Shown one piece after another: positions 1 through 11,130 of a stretch of 64,000 nt of DNA. Position numbers and translations under genes: made by a program. This DNA is from a bacterium (lineage in GTDB: Bacteria; SAR324; NAC60-12), in the NCBI GenBank assembly GCA_965205865.1, contig CBDBHR010000028.1:288001-352000 (forward strand), written 5' to 3'. The notes under the pieces were generated by a model, which had not been told where the DNA came from, ran no database searches, and was given only the letters and a program-made list of their open reading frames with translations. Position 1 is the stretch's first letter, and every line of letters begins with the position of its first letter.

Positions 1-609
1 CGTGAGGAACGAGAGAAGAAAATCGATCAACTGCTGGAGACCGTGGAATTGCCTGCCAGTGCGAAAGATCGATATCCCCATGAATTTTCAGGGGGTCAAC
101 GTCAACGAATCGGGATCGCCCGCGCGATCGCATTGGACCCTGAATTAATCGTTTGTGATGAACCGGTCTCTGCTCTCGATGTTTCCATCCAGTCACAAAT
201 CCTCAATCTTTTGATCACCTTGCAAAAAAACCTGGGATTGACCTATCTTTTCATTGCTCACGATTTGTCGGTGGTGAAGCATATCTCGGATCGTATTATC
301 GTGATGTATTTAGGACAAATCGTGGAGGTGATTGAAGGCCATTCCATAGTCGAGAATCCGCTGCATCCTTACACCCAGGCTTTGGTTTCAGCAATTCCGA
401 TTGCTGATCCTACTCTGCGTAAAAAGAAAATAATCCTGCAAGGCGATGTCCCCTCTCCAATCCATCCTCCGAAGGGGTGCCGATTTCATACTCGTTGTCC
501 ACACGTCCGGGATATTTGCAAAACCGAGATACCCGAATTGAAGAATTATGCGGAAAAATCACCCCATTGGGCCGCTTGCCATTTTGCCGGAGAGGTAGGG
601 AGCATGTGA
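1..609 (+). CDS. Oligopeptide/dipeptide ABC transporter ATP-binding subunit (OppF/AppF-like), 5' end outside window
   Basis: [12 protein letters not shown] signature, CDEPVSALD Walker B, HPYT and [10 protein letters not shown]-terminal motifs; frame is open from base 1. Confidence 0.92.
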   Translation, partial: REEREKKIDQLLETVELPASAKDRYPHEFSGGQRQRIGIARAIALDPELIVCDEPVSALDVSIQSQILNLLITLQKNLGLTYLFIAHDLSVVKHISDRIIVMYLGQIVEVIEGHSIVENPLHPYTQALVSAIPIADPTLRKKKIILQGDVPSPIHPPKGCRFHTRCPHVRDICKTEIPELKNYAEKSPHWAACHFAGEVGSM

Positions 610-741
610 ATGCTTGCATGACGGATGCGTCATTTTTGAATCTCCTGTTCAATCAAAACTCCAAGCATTAAAAAATCGGAAAGCGCGGCCCGGGTTTTGT
701 GTGTGAGATGCTCACTCTACTTTCAAGATGGTAAGATGCAA

Positions 742-2400
742 TCATTCTCGTTGTGGACCGGGCATGGGCCCAGGTTTGTAATGTCGCAATAAATAATGCA
801 GCGTGTTACCAAGCATTTTACGACTGAACCCGGGGAAAACGAGTTTAGAAACCGATCCCAGCCGTAATGCTTCTTCCGGATTGAGCAGTTCTCTTTCGTA
901 GCGTCTTGTCAACTCGGCCATAGCCTCGTCCTGCGGGACAGTAGCCTCTGCTTCGTCTTTTCCCTCTGCAAGGGCCTGCTGAAAGCGTTTTTGAATTTCA
1001 CGAATTTCATTTTTGTAAATGAATTGCCTGCCGGCAGGACCCATCACTGCAATACGCGCAGTGGGCAAGGCAAAAACAAAATCCGCGCCGACGTGGTAAC
1101 TGTTCCAGGACACATAGGCACCGCCAAAAGCATTGCGGACGATCAAAGTCAGGCGCGGGACTCTCAAATCCACGATGGCGTCCATCAGTTCCCGACCGGC
1201 CTGAATAATTCCCATCCGCTCTTGCTCGGAACCGGGAGCATAGCCCACTACGTCTTCTAAAAAAATAATGGGGATGTTGTAAATGTTGCAGAACCTTATG
1301 AACCGGGAAGCTTTCTGCGCTGCGTGCGCATCGATATTTCCCGATTGGTAGGCGCTGTTATTGGCTACAATCCCTACCACGTGCCCGCCTATGCGGCCAT
1401 AGGCTGTGATCATTTGCAGGGCCCTTGTAGCTTGGATCTCAAAATAATCGCCATAATCCACCAGTTGCTGTAAAAAAAGGCGCATGTCAAAGGGAGTATT
1501 GAACCCGGTGACAGGGTGCGTGAAATATTTCTCCAGAAGCACGGCTTCTTCTTCAACATAGCCATTCATGGAAGCCGATGAGGATTTATAGGGTGCCAAT
1601 GACTGGTTGTTGTCAGGAAGATAGCTCAGCAAATGCAAAGCCGTTCGTAGGGCATCGACCTCATCTGCCACTCTGAGATCCGCCACCCCGCTTTGCGTAT
1701 GAACACCCGGACCACCCAAATCATCCGGAGTGATCTCTTCCCCCATTGCTTCTTTGACAACGCCCGGGCCGGTCAATCCCATGAAAGTGTCCTCAGGCTG
1801 GATCACATAGGAGCCTTGCCGGGGCAGGTAAGATCCTCCTCCCGCATTGTAACCGAACATCAACATGATAGAAGGGACAATCCCGCTTATTTTTCTGATG
1901 GCGGCAAAGGCTTCTCCATAACCATCCAAACCTCCCACGCCGTCGGGGACAAAAGCGCCTGCAGAGTCGTTTATACCGATCAGAGGAATGCCATGTTCTC
2001 CTGCCATCAATATCTGCCGGGCGAGTTTAGCCCCATTGCTGGCGTTCATCGAGCCGGCCCGCAGAGTAAAGTCATGCCCGTAAACTGCCACGTCCCGACC
2101 CTCGATGTTGAGAATTCCCGTCACAATCGAAGCCCCGTCGAGTTCCCGGCCCCAGTTCTCATAAGTGATGTGGGGGGCTTCCTCTGTCAGCACGCGGATC
2201 CTTTCCCAGACTGTCATCCTGTTTTTTTGATGCTGAGTCCTTACTCGCGCCAGTCCTCCACCCTGACGGGGTTTCTCCCTCAGTTCTTTTCCTCTCTCGA
2301 GCATCTCATGGTAGATTTTGGCACGGGGATTGAAATCACTTGAAGAGGGGAGGTGAGTTTGTAAAGCAAAAGGATTTTTCAGTTGCACTGTTTTTTTCAT
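742..2400 (-). CDS. Acyl-CoA carboxylase carboxyltransferase subunit (PccB-like)
   Basis: [33 protein letters not shown] and VRNAFGGAY motifs. Confidence 0.88.
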   Translation of the reverse strand: MKKTVQLKNPFALQTHLPSSSDFNPRAKIYHEMLERGKELREKPRQGGGLARVRTQHQKNRMTVWERIRVLTEEAPHITYENWGRELDGASIVTGILNIEGRDVAVYGHDFTLRAGSMNASNGAKLARQILMAGEHGIPLIGINDSAGAFVPDGVGGLDGYGEAFAAIRKISGIVPSIMLMFGYNAGGGSYLPRQGSYVIQPEDTFMGLTGPGVVKEAMGEEITPDDLGGPGVHTQSGVADLRVADEVDALRTALHLLSYLPDNNQSLAPYKSSSASMNGYVEEEAVLLEKYFTHPVTGFNTPFDMRLFLQQLVDYGDYFEIQATRALQMITAYGRIGGHVVGIVANNSAYQSGNIDAHAAQKASRFIRFCNIYNIPIIFLEDVVGYAPGSEQERMGIIQAGRELMDAIVDLRVPRLTLIVRNAFGGAYVSWNSYHVGADFVFALPTARIAVMGPAGRQFIYKNEIREIQKRFQQALAEGKDEAEATVPQDEAMAELTRRYERELLNPEEALRLGSVSKLVFPGFSRKMLGNTLHYLLRHYKPGPMPGPQRE

Positions 2401-2683
2401 CAGTGGCTTTCAAGGAATGGCGGTGTTTCCATACGATTGACGAGTTATTGCGGCCTCGGTTCTCATAGATAACATGATTCGAGCAGGCAAGAAAGAGTAT
2501 TGTGAAAGTGCGCATTCTGCTGAATTCGGAGAAAGGGGAAGATGGGTTAAACGAATAAGCAACTTGCGCCCCATGGCAGATTTTGCTAAGTTATTGAAAG
2601 GCTCTACTGGAAATACCAAGAGGGTGAAGTCGAATTGTATTTCACTATTCTTTTTGCGGGAAATCTTTTTGCGGGAATGTTCT

Positions 2684-3967
2684 ATGAGTGAAAAAGCGCG
2701 AATAGAAATAAGAGGTCAAGCGATTGAAGTTCCTTTGATCATTGGCAGTGAAAATGAGGTGGGAATGGACATTAGCAATCTGCGTAAAGCTACGAATGCC
2801 ATTACATTGGACCGGGGATTTGCCAATACGGGATCTTGTGAGAGCGGAATCACATTTCTCGATGGAGAAAACGGCATATTGAGATACCGGGGTTATCCCA
2901 TCGAGCAGCTTGCCGAACGCTCCAGTTTCCTGGAAGTGAGTTATTTGTTGATATACGGTGAGCTCCCCACTTCTGCCCAGTTGATGGAATTTGAAGATTC
3001 AATCACTCACCATACGATGCTGCATGAGGATTTGAAACATATCTACGATGCCTTTCCCCGTGATGCGCATCCAATGGCGGTTCTTTCTTGCATGGTATGC
3101 GCGCTTTCTACTCTTTATCCGGATGTGGGACTCGAAGATCAGGATAAACTCAATTTAGCCTTTGCCCGCTTACTTGGAAAATTGCCGACTATTGCTGCAT
3201 GGGCTTACAAAAAAAGCGTGGGACAACCATTGATTTATCCCGATAATCGATATGAATATTGCGAAAACTTCCTGCATATGATGTTTTCTCTTCCCCCCGC
3301 AGATTCAGACATCCCTGAAGATTATGTGAAGGCGATGAACGTCTTGTTTATACTTCATGCAGACCATGAGCAAAATTGTTCGACTTCCACCGTCCGTCTG
3401 GTGGGCAGCAGTATGGCGAACCTGTTTGCTTCTGTTTCTGCAGGAATTGCGGCCCTGTGGGGACCCTTGCATGGCGGCGCGAATCAAGCTGTTCTGGAAA
3501 TGTTGCAAGCAATCCATGCCGACAAAGGAGGCGTGCGGAATTTCATAGACAAAGCAAAAGACCGCAATTCCGGTTTCCGTTTAATGGGATTCGGCCATCG
3601 AGTTTATAAAAATTTCGACCCTCGCGCCAACATCATCAAAACATATTGCGACCGGATTTTGCAAATAACAGGGAAATCGGATCCGTTATTGGAAATTGCC
3701 AAAGAACTGGAAGAAACGGCGCTCCGTGATGAATTTTTTTTGGCGAGAAAACTATATCCCAACGTGGATTTTTATAGCGGAATTATTTATAAGGCTCTTG
3801 GATTTCCCACGCCCATGTTCACAGCGCTCTTTGCCATCGGACGCTTGCCCGGATGGATTGCCCATTGGGTCGAAATGAATAGCGCCCCTTTGAAAATTGG
3901 AAGACCACGTCAAATTTATAGAGGATCTCCTGAGCGCGCGTTTGTCCCTATCAATCAACGTCGCTGA
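2684..3967 (+). CDS. gltA: Citrate synthase
   Basis: LHADHEQNCSTS, GPLHGGANQ, LMGFGHRVYK and LYPNVDFYSG motifs; start moved to the ATG at 2684 (MSEKARI). Confidence 0.96.
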   Translation: MSEKARIEIRGQAIEVPLIIGSENEVGMDISNLRKATNAITLDRGFANTGSCESGITFLDGENGILRYRGYPIEQLAERSSFLEVSYLLIYGELPTSAQLMEFEDSITHHTMLHEDLKHIYDAFPRDAHPMAVLSCMVCALSTLYPDVGLEDQDKLNLAFARLLGKLPTIAAWAYKKSVGQPLIYPDNRYEYCENFLHMMFSLPPADSDIPEDYVKAMNVLFILHADHEQNCSTSTVRLVGSSMANLFASVSAGIAALWGPLHGGANQAVLEMLQAIHADKGGVRNFIDKAKDRNSGFRLMGFGHRVYKNFDPRANIIKTYCDRILQITGKSDPLLEIAKELEETALRDEFFLARKLYPNVDFYSGIIYKALGFPTPMFTALFAIGRLPGWIAHWVEMNSAPLKIGRPRQIYRGSPERAFVPINQRR

Positions 3968-4006
3968 AAGGCTGAGACGATACTGTCCGCACCCCTGAAA
4001 AAGCTT

Positions 4007-5440
4007 ATGGTTCGTTTACGATTCGCCCCTAGTCCCACTGGTAATCTGCATCTCGGAGGATTACGCACCGCCTTGTTCAGTTATTTGTTCGCCAGGCAAA
4101 AAAAAGGAACATTCATCTTTCGTTTGGAAGATACTGACCAACGGCGTTTTGTGGAGGGGGCGGAATCGAACTTGTTGAATATGCTCTCATGGGGAGGACT
4201 TCAAATTGATGAAGGAGGCGAATCAGGAGGGGCATATGGACCTTACCGGCAATCGGAAAGGCTTTCTCTCTATCATCGTCATGGCCAAAAGTTGTTGGAG
4301 TGCGGACATGCATACTATTGTTTCTGCACTCCTGAAACTTTAAAAGCCATCAAAGATGAGCAAAGTGCTGAGGGATTACCGACGCGTTATGACGGTCGTT
4401 GCCGGCATTTGTCGTATCATGTAGTGGAGCGACGCTTAGCGGAAGAAATTCCCCATGTGCTGCGCATGAAAGTTCCGCAAAATGAAACAATCGTAATGCC
4501 GGATCTGGTGCGAGGCACGGTAAGCATTGATAGCAGTCAACTCGACGACCAAGTGCTCATCAAAGCAAATGGCTTTCCAACCTACCACCTTGCCGTTGTG
4601 GTAGATGATCATCTCATGCGGATCAGCCATGTGATACGAGGAGAAGAATGGCTTCCTTCTTTTCCAAAACATCTTTTACTTTTTCGTTATTTCAACTGGA
4701 AGCCTCCTCGATTTGCCCACCTGCCCTTGATATTGAGTCAAGACCGCAGCAAATTGAGCAAACGTCAAGGAGACGTCGCCGTGGAGGATTATCAAAAAAA
4801 AGGATACCTTCCGGAAGCCCTTGTCAATTTCGTTGCCTTATTGGGTTGGAGCAGCGGAGACGATCAGGAATTCTTCACAAAGGAGGAATTGATTGAAAAA
4901 TTCAATTTTGAAGCAATAGGAAAATCAGCTGCCGTTTTTGATCGCGCAAAGCTGGATTGGATGAATCAGCAATATATCAAAAAATTACCTTTGCATGAAT
5001 TGTTTGTCCGTTTGATACCGTATATCCGGGAAACTCCCCATGCGGATCTGGAAGAAGGACAATTGAAGAAAATCTGCGCGATTCTTCAACCCCGACTGGT
5101 GGTTTTGGCTGATATAAAAAAAAGCCTTCCTCTTTTTTTTGAAGAAAAACCAATATTGACGAACACTCATCTGATTGAAGCCTTGCGGAGGGACCAATCC
5201 CGTATTGTGATGTCAGCCTTTCAAAAACAACTTGAAGCAATCGACGAAATTACGGAGGAAGGATTTTCCAAGATGATGAAGATCATACAAAAGACTACGG
5301 GTCTAAAAGGAAAAGATCTTTGGATGCCGATACGGTACGCGATTACATTGGAAGAACAGGGACCCGAACTTCCTGCAGTTGCCGCAATTTTTGGCAAGAA
5401 TAAGTGCCTCGGCATGATTGAACGGGCACTCCATCTCTAG
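4007..5440 (+). CDS. gltX: Glutamate--tRNA ligase
   Basis: RFAPSPTG, HLGG (HIGH) and KLSKR (KMSKS) motifs; full length with anticodon-binding domain. Confidence 0.95.
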   Translation: MVRLRFAPSPTGNLHLGGLRTALFSYLFARQKKGTFIFRLEDTDQRRFVEGAESNLLNMLSWGGLQIDEGGESGGAYGPYRQSERLSLYHRHGQKLLECGHAYYCFCTPETLKAIKDEQSAEGLPTRYDGRCRHLSYHVVERRLAEEIPHVLRMKVPQNETIVMPDLVRGTVSIDSSQLDDQVLIKANGFPTYHLAVVVDDHLMRISHVIRGEEWLPSFPKHLLLFRYFNWKPPRFAHLPLILSQDRSKLSKRQGDVAVEDYQKKGYLPEALVNFVALLGWSSGDDQEFFTKEELIEKFNFEAIGKSAAVFDRAKLDWMNQQYIKKLPLHELFVRLIPYIRETPHADLEEGQLKKICAILQPRLVVLADIKKSLPLFFEEKPILTNTHLIEALRRDQSRIVMSAFQKQLEAIDEITEEGFSKMMKIIQKTTGLKGKDLWMPIRYAITLEEQGPELPAVAAIFGKNKCLGMIERALHL

Positions 5441-5461
5441 AAGAAAAAAGCAAGGTTTTCA

Positions 5462-8218
5462 ATGACTCATAATTGGGCGCCACCAGTCAAACCATTGAAA
5501 TCGAATCTCGCGGCATTTGGTTTTTGTCTCCTCTGCATCGGGTCGATTTCTCTTACTTTCGCTCCTGTTCATGGGCAAAACATGAATGATCTGAAAGAGA
5601 CCGTCAACAAACTTGGAGAGACGATGATTGAAGAATCTCTCACGGAGCAGCGAAGGGAGCCGCTGCTTGTCGTCACGGGAATTGTCAACGAAAGTACCGG
5701 AAAAAGGGATCTTTTGAGTGAATTGGTAGAAATCCTCTTAGTTGAAGTTTTAGCCCGGGGGGAAAATTATCCCGTTGTTGATTATAGTCAAATCCAGTCG
5801 GTACGAGAAGAAGTGTTAGAAGCTTTTCCCGACTCTTCTGCGGAGCAGATCAGTCAGGACTTAGCCGGTCTTCTAGGAGCAGATTGGTCTGTGACAGGAT
5901 CTTATTTGATACATGAGGGTAAAATCGAATTGCAGTTGCAACTCTATGAATCAGAAATCGACCAGTTGATTTGGGAAGGACAAACTGATTCTTTTTTGGA
6001 ATTTGAGGAGGCTGAATCCGGAATCGCGGAAACCACCGTCTCCGAAAGCGAGGAATCGTCTGAATTGATCCCCGAATCCACCCCGCTCGAAACTGCTGTT
6101 GTTGAATCCGGGAGAACTTCTGAATTGATTCTCGAGAATGAGACCATCGAAGCCGAAGCGGGATCGGCCGTAGAGTCGGAACTTGAAGATACAACCATTG
6201 AAACGGCAGCTTCCGAAAGCGAGGAATCGTCTGAATTGATCCCCGAATCCACCCCGCTCGAAACTGCTGTTGTTGAATCCGGGAGAACTTCTGAATTGAT
6301 TCTCGAGAATGAGAGCATCGAAGCCGAAGCGGCATCGGCCGTAGAGTCGGAACTTGAAGATACAACCATTGAAACGGCAGTTTCCGAAAGCGAGGAATCG
6401 TCTGAATTGATCCCCGAAGCCACCCCGCTCGAAACTTCTGTTGTTGAATCCGGGAGAACTTCTGAATTGATTCTCGAGAATGAGACCATCGAAGCCGAAG
6501 CGGGATCGGCCGTAGAGTTGGAACTTGAAGATACAACCATTGAAACGGCAGTTTCCGAAAGCGAGGAATCGTCTGAATTGATCCCCGAAGCCACCCCGCT
6601 CGAAACTGCTGTTGTTGAATCCGGGAGAACTTCTGAATTGATTCTCGAGAAAGAGAGCATCGAAGCCGAAGCGGGATCGGCCGTAGAGTTGGAACTTGAA
6701 GATACAACCATTGAAACGGCAGCTTCCGAAAGCGAGGAATCGTCTGAATTGATCCCCGAAGCCACCCCGCTCGAAACTGCTGTTGTTGAATCCGGGAGAA
6801 CTTCTGAATTGATTCTCGAGAAAGAGAGCATCGAAGCCGAAGCGGCATCGGCCGTAGAGTTGGAACTTGAAGATACAACCATTGAAACGGCAGTTTCCGA
6901 AAGCGAGGAATCGTCTGAATTGATCCCCGAAGCCACCCCGCTCGAAACTGCTGTTGTTGAATCCGGGAGAACTTCTGAATTGATTCTTGAGAAAGAGAGC
7001 ATCGAAGCCGAAGCGGGATCGGCCGTAGAGTTGGAACTTGAAGATACAACCATTGAAACGGCAGTTTCCGAAAGCGAGGAATCGTCTGAATTGATCCCCG
7101 AAGCCACCCCGCTCGAAACTGCTATTGTTGAAACCGAAAAGACTTCCGCCTCTATTCCGGTATACGACATAGGTTCAACTTTAGAATTAGAAGAAGCCGG
7201 GAGTTCGGATCCAACTACGGAATTTTTCGATGCATTCGCATATATTGCTATCGACGCAATGAGGCCTCCCCGTGAAGAGGAAGAGATTATTGATGAAACG
7301 GTTTTGAAGTCGGAATCGGAACAGATCGACATTTCTCAAAAGAAGGACATGGTTTTAGTCTCAGAGGGAAGATTCTCGATGGGCAGTATCAATGGAGAGG
7401 CAAATGAACTGCCAGTGCATTCGGTTTATCTTCATCGTTATCTGATCGACGCGCATGAAGTCACCAATAGCGAATTTGCGCGTTGCGATATTTGTGAGAA
7501 GGGCAGCGGTGGATTTGACACAACGGAGCCCGACCAGCCTGTCGTTTACGTCGATTGGGAAAATGCTGATACTTATTGCCGTTTTGTCGGAAAAAGGCTG
7601 CCTACCGAGGCCGAATGGGAAAACAGCGCCCGGGCGGGAAGTAAAACGGAATATTCATTTGGAAACGTGCGACGACTCGACGCCTATGCATGGTATGAAG
7701 ACAACGCGGAGCAGAAGGGGGAACGGTATGCTCACAAGGTGGCAACAAAACAACCCAATGCCTGGAACATTTATGACATGCACGGCAATGTAATGGAATG
7801 GACCAACGACCTCTTTGTTGAGAATTATTATCAAAAATTAGAGGGCAACAAACCCTGGCATATTTTCGATTACTTCTATAACTCCGAGATCGACCACCCC
7901 TTCAAACCAAATATTTCCTCTGCAGTTGAAACTCCTTTGCGTGTCGTCAGGGGGGGGGCATGGGGAGGATTGTTTGGCACGGGAGACGCTCCCCAGTTGC
8001 GATCTGCAAAGCGTTTTCCGGTCAAGCCTTGGGTACAATCGTTTTTAATTGGATTTCGCTGTGCCGCAGATTGGAATCCACCCATGAATAAAAAGGAAGA
8101 ACGGGAAAATGCAACTACTGAGAATACGACTGAATTCAAGGAATTTGATTCTCGGCAGGAAAGGGTGGGTGCGCAGAATGCTGCCGGGCCGAATAGAAAT
8201 CAAAATCAAAATTTTTGA
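5462..8218 (+). CDS. Exported protein with an N-terminal FlgO/CsgG-like domain, an acidic 57-aa tandem repeat spacer and a C-terminal FGE-sulfatase (SUMF1) domain
   Basis: Hydrophobic N-terminus; F.MGS, RLPTEAEWE, DMHGNVMEW, RVVRGGAW and IGFRC motifs; the N-terminal domain call is tentative. Confidence 0.82.
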   Translation: MTHNWAPPVKPLKSNLAAFGFCLLCIGSISLTFAPVHGQNMNDLKETVNKLGETMIEESLTEQRREPLLVVTGIVNESTGKRDLLSELVEILLVEVLARGENYPVVDYSQIQSVREEVLEAFPDSSAEQISQDLAGLLGADWSVTGSYLIHEGKIELQLQLYESEIDQLIWEGQTDSFLEFEEAESGIAETTVSESEESSELIPESTPLETAVVESGRTSELILENETIEAEAGSAVESELEDTTIETAASESEESSELIPESTPLETAVVESGRTSELILENESIEAEAASAVESELEDTTIETAVSESEESSELIPEATPLETSVVESGRTSELILENETIEAEAGSAVELELEDTTIETAVSESEESSELIPEATPLETAVVESGRTSELILEKESIEAEAGSAVELELEDTTIETAASESEESSELIPEATPLETAVVESGRTSELILEKESIEAEAASAVELELEDTTIETAVSESEESSELIPEATPLETAVVESGRTSELILEKESIEAEAGSAVELELEDTTIETAVSESEESSELIPEATPLETAIVETEKTSASIPVYDIGSTLELEEAGSSDPTTEFFDAFAYIAIDAMRPPREEEEIIDETVLKSESEQIDISQKKDMVLVSEGRFSMGSINGEANELPVHSVYLHRYLIDAHEVTNSEFARCDICEKGSGGFDTTEPDQPVVYVDWENADTYCRFVGKRLPTEAEWENSARAGSKTEYSFGNVRRLDAYAWYEDNAEQKGERYAHKVATKQPNAWNIYDMHGNVMEWTNDLFVENYYQKLEGNKPWHIFDYFYNSEIDHPFKPNISSAVETPLRVVRGGAWGGLFGTGDAPQLRSAKRFPVKPWVQSFLIGFRCAADWNPPMNKKEERENATTENTTEFKEFDSRQERVGAQNAAGPNRNQNQNF
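6041..7131 (+). repeat. Intragenic 171-bp tandem repeat, 6 full copies plus a partial copy
   Basis: TCCGAAAGCGAGGAATCG recurs at 6041, 6212, 6383, 6554, 6725, 6896 and 7067. Confidence 0.97.
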
Positions 8219-8331
8219 ATGCGTCTCGATGGCTGTATATGTGAATTTTTGCTCTCCTTCCTTCAACGAGCATTTTCCTGCCATTGTGATTCCTCGTTGG
8301 ATATCTTGAAGAAAGTCGGGAAAAAGAAATT

Positions 8332-9672
8332 TCATTGCGCTTTCGCTTGGATGAGTTGGAAGCATTTTGCTGTCGCACCGCCTTGGGACTCAATAGTATG
8401 CGCAGCTTCTTTTCCCAGTTCATCACAGTATTCACGGTGCTGCAGTAAATGGAACAAGATTTCATGGAATTCTTCCTTGTGCTTTATTGAGAATGCCAGA
8501 TTTTTCTTTAAAAGATCAACTGCTTCCGGAGAGTTGTCATAAAGGGGGCCAAAGATGACTGGCAAACCCATCACGCACGGTTCCATCACGTTGTGCACTC
8601 CGGTGGTGAACGCGCCCCCTACATAAGCCAGATTCCCGATACGATACAGAGATGACAGCACGCCAAGCCTGTCTACCAGGATGATACGCGGCACTTCTCG
8701 TGGATTGTCATCCAGCCGACTGAACCGTTCTATTTTGAAATGCCGGAAAAATGTTTCCGTATGACCCAGATGTTCTTCGGTGGGTTCGTGAGGAACAATG
8801 ATCAGCAGTAAATCCGCAAATTTCCGCAACGCTTCCGCAAGCGCGGGGAAGATGCGCTTTTCCCCTGCAGGCCAACTACTTCCAGCAATAAAGACAAATT
8901 TGTCTTCAACATAACAAGGCAATTGAGTGAGCGGAAGCCGGTGTTTTCGTGCCAGTACGCTGTCAAAGCGGGTATCGCCCATTGTTTGAATATTGGGATG
9001 ATGCGGATCACAATTACGGAATCGTCGCGCATCTTCTTCCGAGACTGTAAAAATACCATCCAGACAAGTATAAACCATACCGTAAAACAATCGACCTATG
9101 GCAGACGTCACACGCAAAGAACGGGGCTGCAGGGTTGCCGAGATAAGGAATTGAGGCACTCCGGCAGCATGCGCGTGCCAGATTAAGTTTGGCCAAAGAT
9201 CGTACTTGACATAGACCAGCGCGGAAGGCTGCAAAATGGCCAACAAACGTCTCACGTTTCTTGGAAAGTCAAAAGGGAGATACTCCACGACAACCGGCTG
9301 GCATTGGACTGCGGAATCGGATCCGCTCGATTGAGCGCGTTTGGCCCATTGGTATCCTGAAACAGAACTGAATGTAACGGCACAATCAAAGCCTTCCCGC
9401 AGACATTGTTCCATCACCGGTTCCCCCTGCAAATATTCCCCTACGCTGACGACATGGAACCAGATTAGTGGTTTCCGCAGATTGCGATGCGCGATTTGTT
9501 CATCCAATCGCTTCCAGATTCCTTTTTTACCGGCAAGACTTTCTTTGATTTTTTGATCCTTGAAGGCGACAAAGCGCATGGCTGCCAAAAGTAGAGGGAG
9601 AATGAACCAGGTATAGCAGAAATTCCAAATTTGTCGTTCCATGGACGGGACGCTTTCAGGAATTTTCATCAA
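8332..9672 (-). CDS. waaA: Kdo transferase (3-deoxy-D-manno-octulosonate transferase)
   Basis: IWFHVVSVGE, YLPFD, DLWPN, GDTRFD, AGSSW and HNVMEP motifs. Confidence 0.88.
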   Translation of the reverse strand: MMKIPESVPSMERQIWNFCYTWFILPLLLAAMRFVAFKDQKIKESLAGKKGIWKRLDEQIAHRNLRKPLIWFHVVSVGEYLQGEPVMEQCLREGFDCAVTFSSVSGYQWAKRAQSSGSDSAVQCQPVVVEYLPFDFPRNVRRLLAILQPSALVYVKYDLWPNLIWHAHAAGVPQFLISATLQPRSLRVTSAIGRLFYGMVYTCLDGIFTVSEEDARRFRNCDPHHPNIQTMGDTRFDSVLARKHRLPLTQLPCYVEDKFVFIAGSSWPAGEKRIFPALAEALRKFADLLLIIVPHEPTEEHLGHTETFFRHFKIERFSRLDDNPREVPRIILVDRLGVLSSLYRIGNLAYVGGAFTTGVHNVMEPCVMGLPVIFGPLYDNSPEAVDLLKKNLAFSIKHKEEFHEILFHLLQHREYCDELGKEAAHTIESQGGATAKCFQLIQAKAQ

Positions 9673-9986
9673 ATGCGCTGGGAAGGATATTGAAGGGAAG
9701 GACTTTGATTAAAACCGCCAGTACTATCGCCCCTGCAGGAAAGGCAAAGATAGCCAGTGCGGGAATCGTTTTGGCGACGTCCAATAATTGCGCTTTCACT
9801 TTTCTTTTTTCTTCCTCCGTCAAAGGTTGGCAAGTCGAGTTGGCTAAAAGAGCGGAAAGTTCCCCGGTTTCCCGAATCCATTGATTGCCATTTTGACACC
9901 ATCTTTTGCGATTTGCAATGCGGCATCGATGTATTATTTTGTGGAAAATCTCCAAATTTCAGCAGCTTTCCCGTGATTTTAGACAT
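9656..9986 (-). pseudogene. LETM1-like small protein, apparently frameshifted
   Basis: C-terminus LTEEEKRKVKAQLLDVAKTIPALAIF...ILPSAF resembles bacterial LETM1-related proteins; the plausible N-terminus lies in other frames. Confidence 0.55.
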
Positions 9987-10003
9987 TGTTTTTTTTCTCG
10001 AAG

Positions 10004-10396
10004 TTACGAAAAATCATTACCGGAGCTTTCATGAAGCGCCAACAGTTTTTCCGGAGAAGGTAACTCCGGTGGTTTTTCAGTCCGTAGACCCCCTTGAAAA
10101 ACACCACCCCGGGCAACGAACAAACAACCTGGGGGAGTAAAGATTTTCCCCTCGATCTCTCCTTCAGAAAGCACCGCAATGCGTCCATTTGTGATCAAAT
10201 CACCTTCCACCCGTCCATTGACGATGAGATTTTGCGCTCGCACCGTCCCGAAGACCCGGGCAGAATTGCCAATCGTGATGCTGTCTTTGCTGTCTATCAC
10301 ACCCCGGCACGTTCCATCGATACGAATGGATCCCTCACAATCTATTTTGCCTTCGAATTCGACGTCGGGTGCAATATAATTCAAAGGTTCTTTCAT
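10004..10396 (-). CDS. Bactofilin (polymer-forming cytoskeletal protein)
   Basis: FEGKIDCEGSIRIDG...ITIG..ARVFG.V.AQNLIVNGRVEGDL beta-helix pattern; an upstream start at 10438 is possible. Confidence 0.88.
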   Translation of the reverse strand: MKEPLNYIAPDVEFEGKIDCEGSIRIDGTCRGVIDSKDSITIGNSARVFGTVRAQNLIVNGRVEGDLITNGRIAVLSEGEIEGKIFTPPGCLFVARGGVFQGGLRTEKPPELPSPEKLLALHESSGNDFS

Positions 10397-10558
10397 GGTT
10401 TTTTTCTCGAAAAATCTTCTATTCTTCTGCATCTTCACATCTTCTCCCTTTTCGAGTAGAATTTTGATCCTGGAGCAGAGGCGCCCATGTTTTCATCACA
10501 GGCCAGACATAACTCCTACATTTTATGGAATGAACCGGCAAGACAAAGGAGAAGGGGA

Positions 10559-11086
10559 ATGCAAGAAAAAGTGGAGATCGTTCAAGGCGATATCACCAAG
10601 TTGAATGTGAACGCCATTGTTAATGCCGCGAATAATTCTCTCATCGGAGGGGGTGGAGTCGATGGCGCTATTCATCGGGCTGCCGGACCGGAATTGCTGA
10701 AGGAATGTCGCCAATTGCACGGTTGTCCCACGGGAGAAGCAAAAATAACCAAAGGCTATGATTTGCCGGCTCGCTATGTCATCCACACCGTCGGACCTAT
10801 TTGGCGAGGAGGGATGGAGGGAGAGCCTTGCAAGCTGGCTTCTTGTTACCGCAATTGTTTTGCCCTGGTTCAACCGTACCATATCAAAACAATTGCCTTC
10901 CCTTCAATCAGTACAGGCGTGTATGGCTATCCGGTAGAACAATCATCGTGCCTTGCTCTGAAAGAGACGCAGCAGTTCTTAAAACAGGAATCACCCCTGC
11001 AAAAAGTGATTTTTGTTTGTTTTCTTCAAGATGTCTATGATTCGTACCTCAAAGCGATGAAATTATTCATCCGGGAAGCATCATAA
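10559..11086 (+). CDS. ymdB: Macro-domain O-acetyl-ADP-ribose deacetylase
   Basis: GDIT, AIVNAAN..L.GGGGVDGAIHRAAG, VIHTVGP and AFPSISTGVYGYP motifs. Confidence 0.9.
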   Translation: MQEKVEIVQGDITKLNVNAIVNAANNSLIGGGGVDGAIHRAAGPELLKECRQLHGCPTGEAKITKGYDLPARYVIHTVGPIWRGGMEGEPCKLASCYRNCFALVQPYHIKTIAFPSISTGVYGYPVEQSSCLALKETQQFLKQESPLQKVIFVCFLQDVYDSYLKAMKLFIREAS

Positions 11087-11130
11087 ATTCTTTTTCCAAA
11101 GAGGCTTGGCTGGAAAAATCGATGAGATTT

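Noticed and set aside
2474-2683. N-terminal extensions of gltA, and likewise of ORFs at 10487, 11685, 31779 and 57645
   Set aside because: Family similarity and RBS placement support downstream starts; some extensions overlap a tRNA or leader.
5850-7332. Long antisense ORFs of 399 and 462 aa
   Set aside because: They are shadows of the in-frame 171-bp repeat; the + strand ORF carries the recognisable domains.
7900-8070. FGE/CLec C-terminus as a diversity-generating retroelement target
   Set aside because: No template repeat and no reverse transcriptase are visible in the window.
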